From Erysipelotrichaceae bacterium (lineage in GTDB: Bacteria; Bacillota_I; Bacilli_A; Erysipelotrichales; Coprobacillaceae), in assembly GCA_028698185.1 (NCBI GenBank), contig JAQVDW010000010.1, positions 22,519 to 54,518 on the forward strand: DNA of 32,000 nucleotides. Direction: 5' to 3'. The position numbers and the translations under genes are program-made. Shown here in pieces: positions 31,984 through 32,000 of this stretch. How positions within the stretch are numbered: the first letter of the stretch is position 1; the number at the start of each line of letters is the position of its first letter. Under the pieces are notes generated by a model, which was not told where the DNA came from, ran no database searches, and worked only from the letters and a program-made list of their open reading frames with translations.

Positions 31984-32000
31984 GTCAGATGCTTTGTAAT

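Noticed and set aside
1-32000. Search for CRISPR arrays, tandem or interspersed repeats, IS elements, integrases, toxin-antitoxin pairs or known defence genes
   Set aside because: By eye, none were found on either strand. The only repeated elements are short promoter-proximal inverted repeats and terminator hairpins.

Overview
The window looks like chromosomal DNA from a low-GC Gram-positive-type bacterium (Bacillota; the gene content resembles Erysipelotrichia or Acholeplasma, but this is not proven). It uses the standard genetic code with TGA as a stop, AGGAGG-type Shine-Dalgarno sites, many hairpin-plus-T-run terminators, and frequent ATGA/TGATG gene junctions. About two thirds is housekeeping. 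In order: a truncated LysR regulator, a polyprenol-kinase-like membrane protein, an NdpA-like protein, yaaA, a split chrA pair, hisC, a Cof-type HAD, a zinc-ribbon membrane protein, a thioredoxin-like lipoprotein and gpmI. Then comes a five-gene preQ1/queuosine operon (queD-queE-folE-queC-queF) behind a candidate preQ1-I riboswitch, followed by ftsEX with a coupled 128-aa unknown. At the right end are a second Cof HAD, a YitT-family protein, prfB (no programmed frameshift) and secA. The accessory part is 15.2-26.4 kb, all on the minus strand. It holds a LevQRST-type four-component sensor (binding protein, histidine kinase, NarL-type regulator, second binding protein, with no ABC transporter). 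Next come a 1088-aa secreted multidomain GH32 fructanase and a mannose-family PTS (IIA, IIB, IIC, IID) plus a small two-TM protein. The GH32 and sensor block is visibly lower in GC than the PTS and the flanks. The three promoter regions share AATTG/CAATT-based inverted repeats, and a consensus cre box lies in the GH32 leader. I saw no rRNA or tRNA genes, CRISPR arrays, transposases, integrases or recognisable defence genes. The most unusual items are the contiguous four-component fructan regulon, two protein-like non-coding remnants (18.3-18.7 kb and 12.45-12.73 kb), the FtsEX-coupled unknown, and a ~54-residue acidic N-terminal extension on SecA. All product calls rest on motif recognition by eye; no database search was possible.
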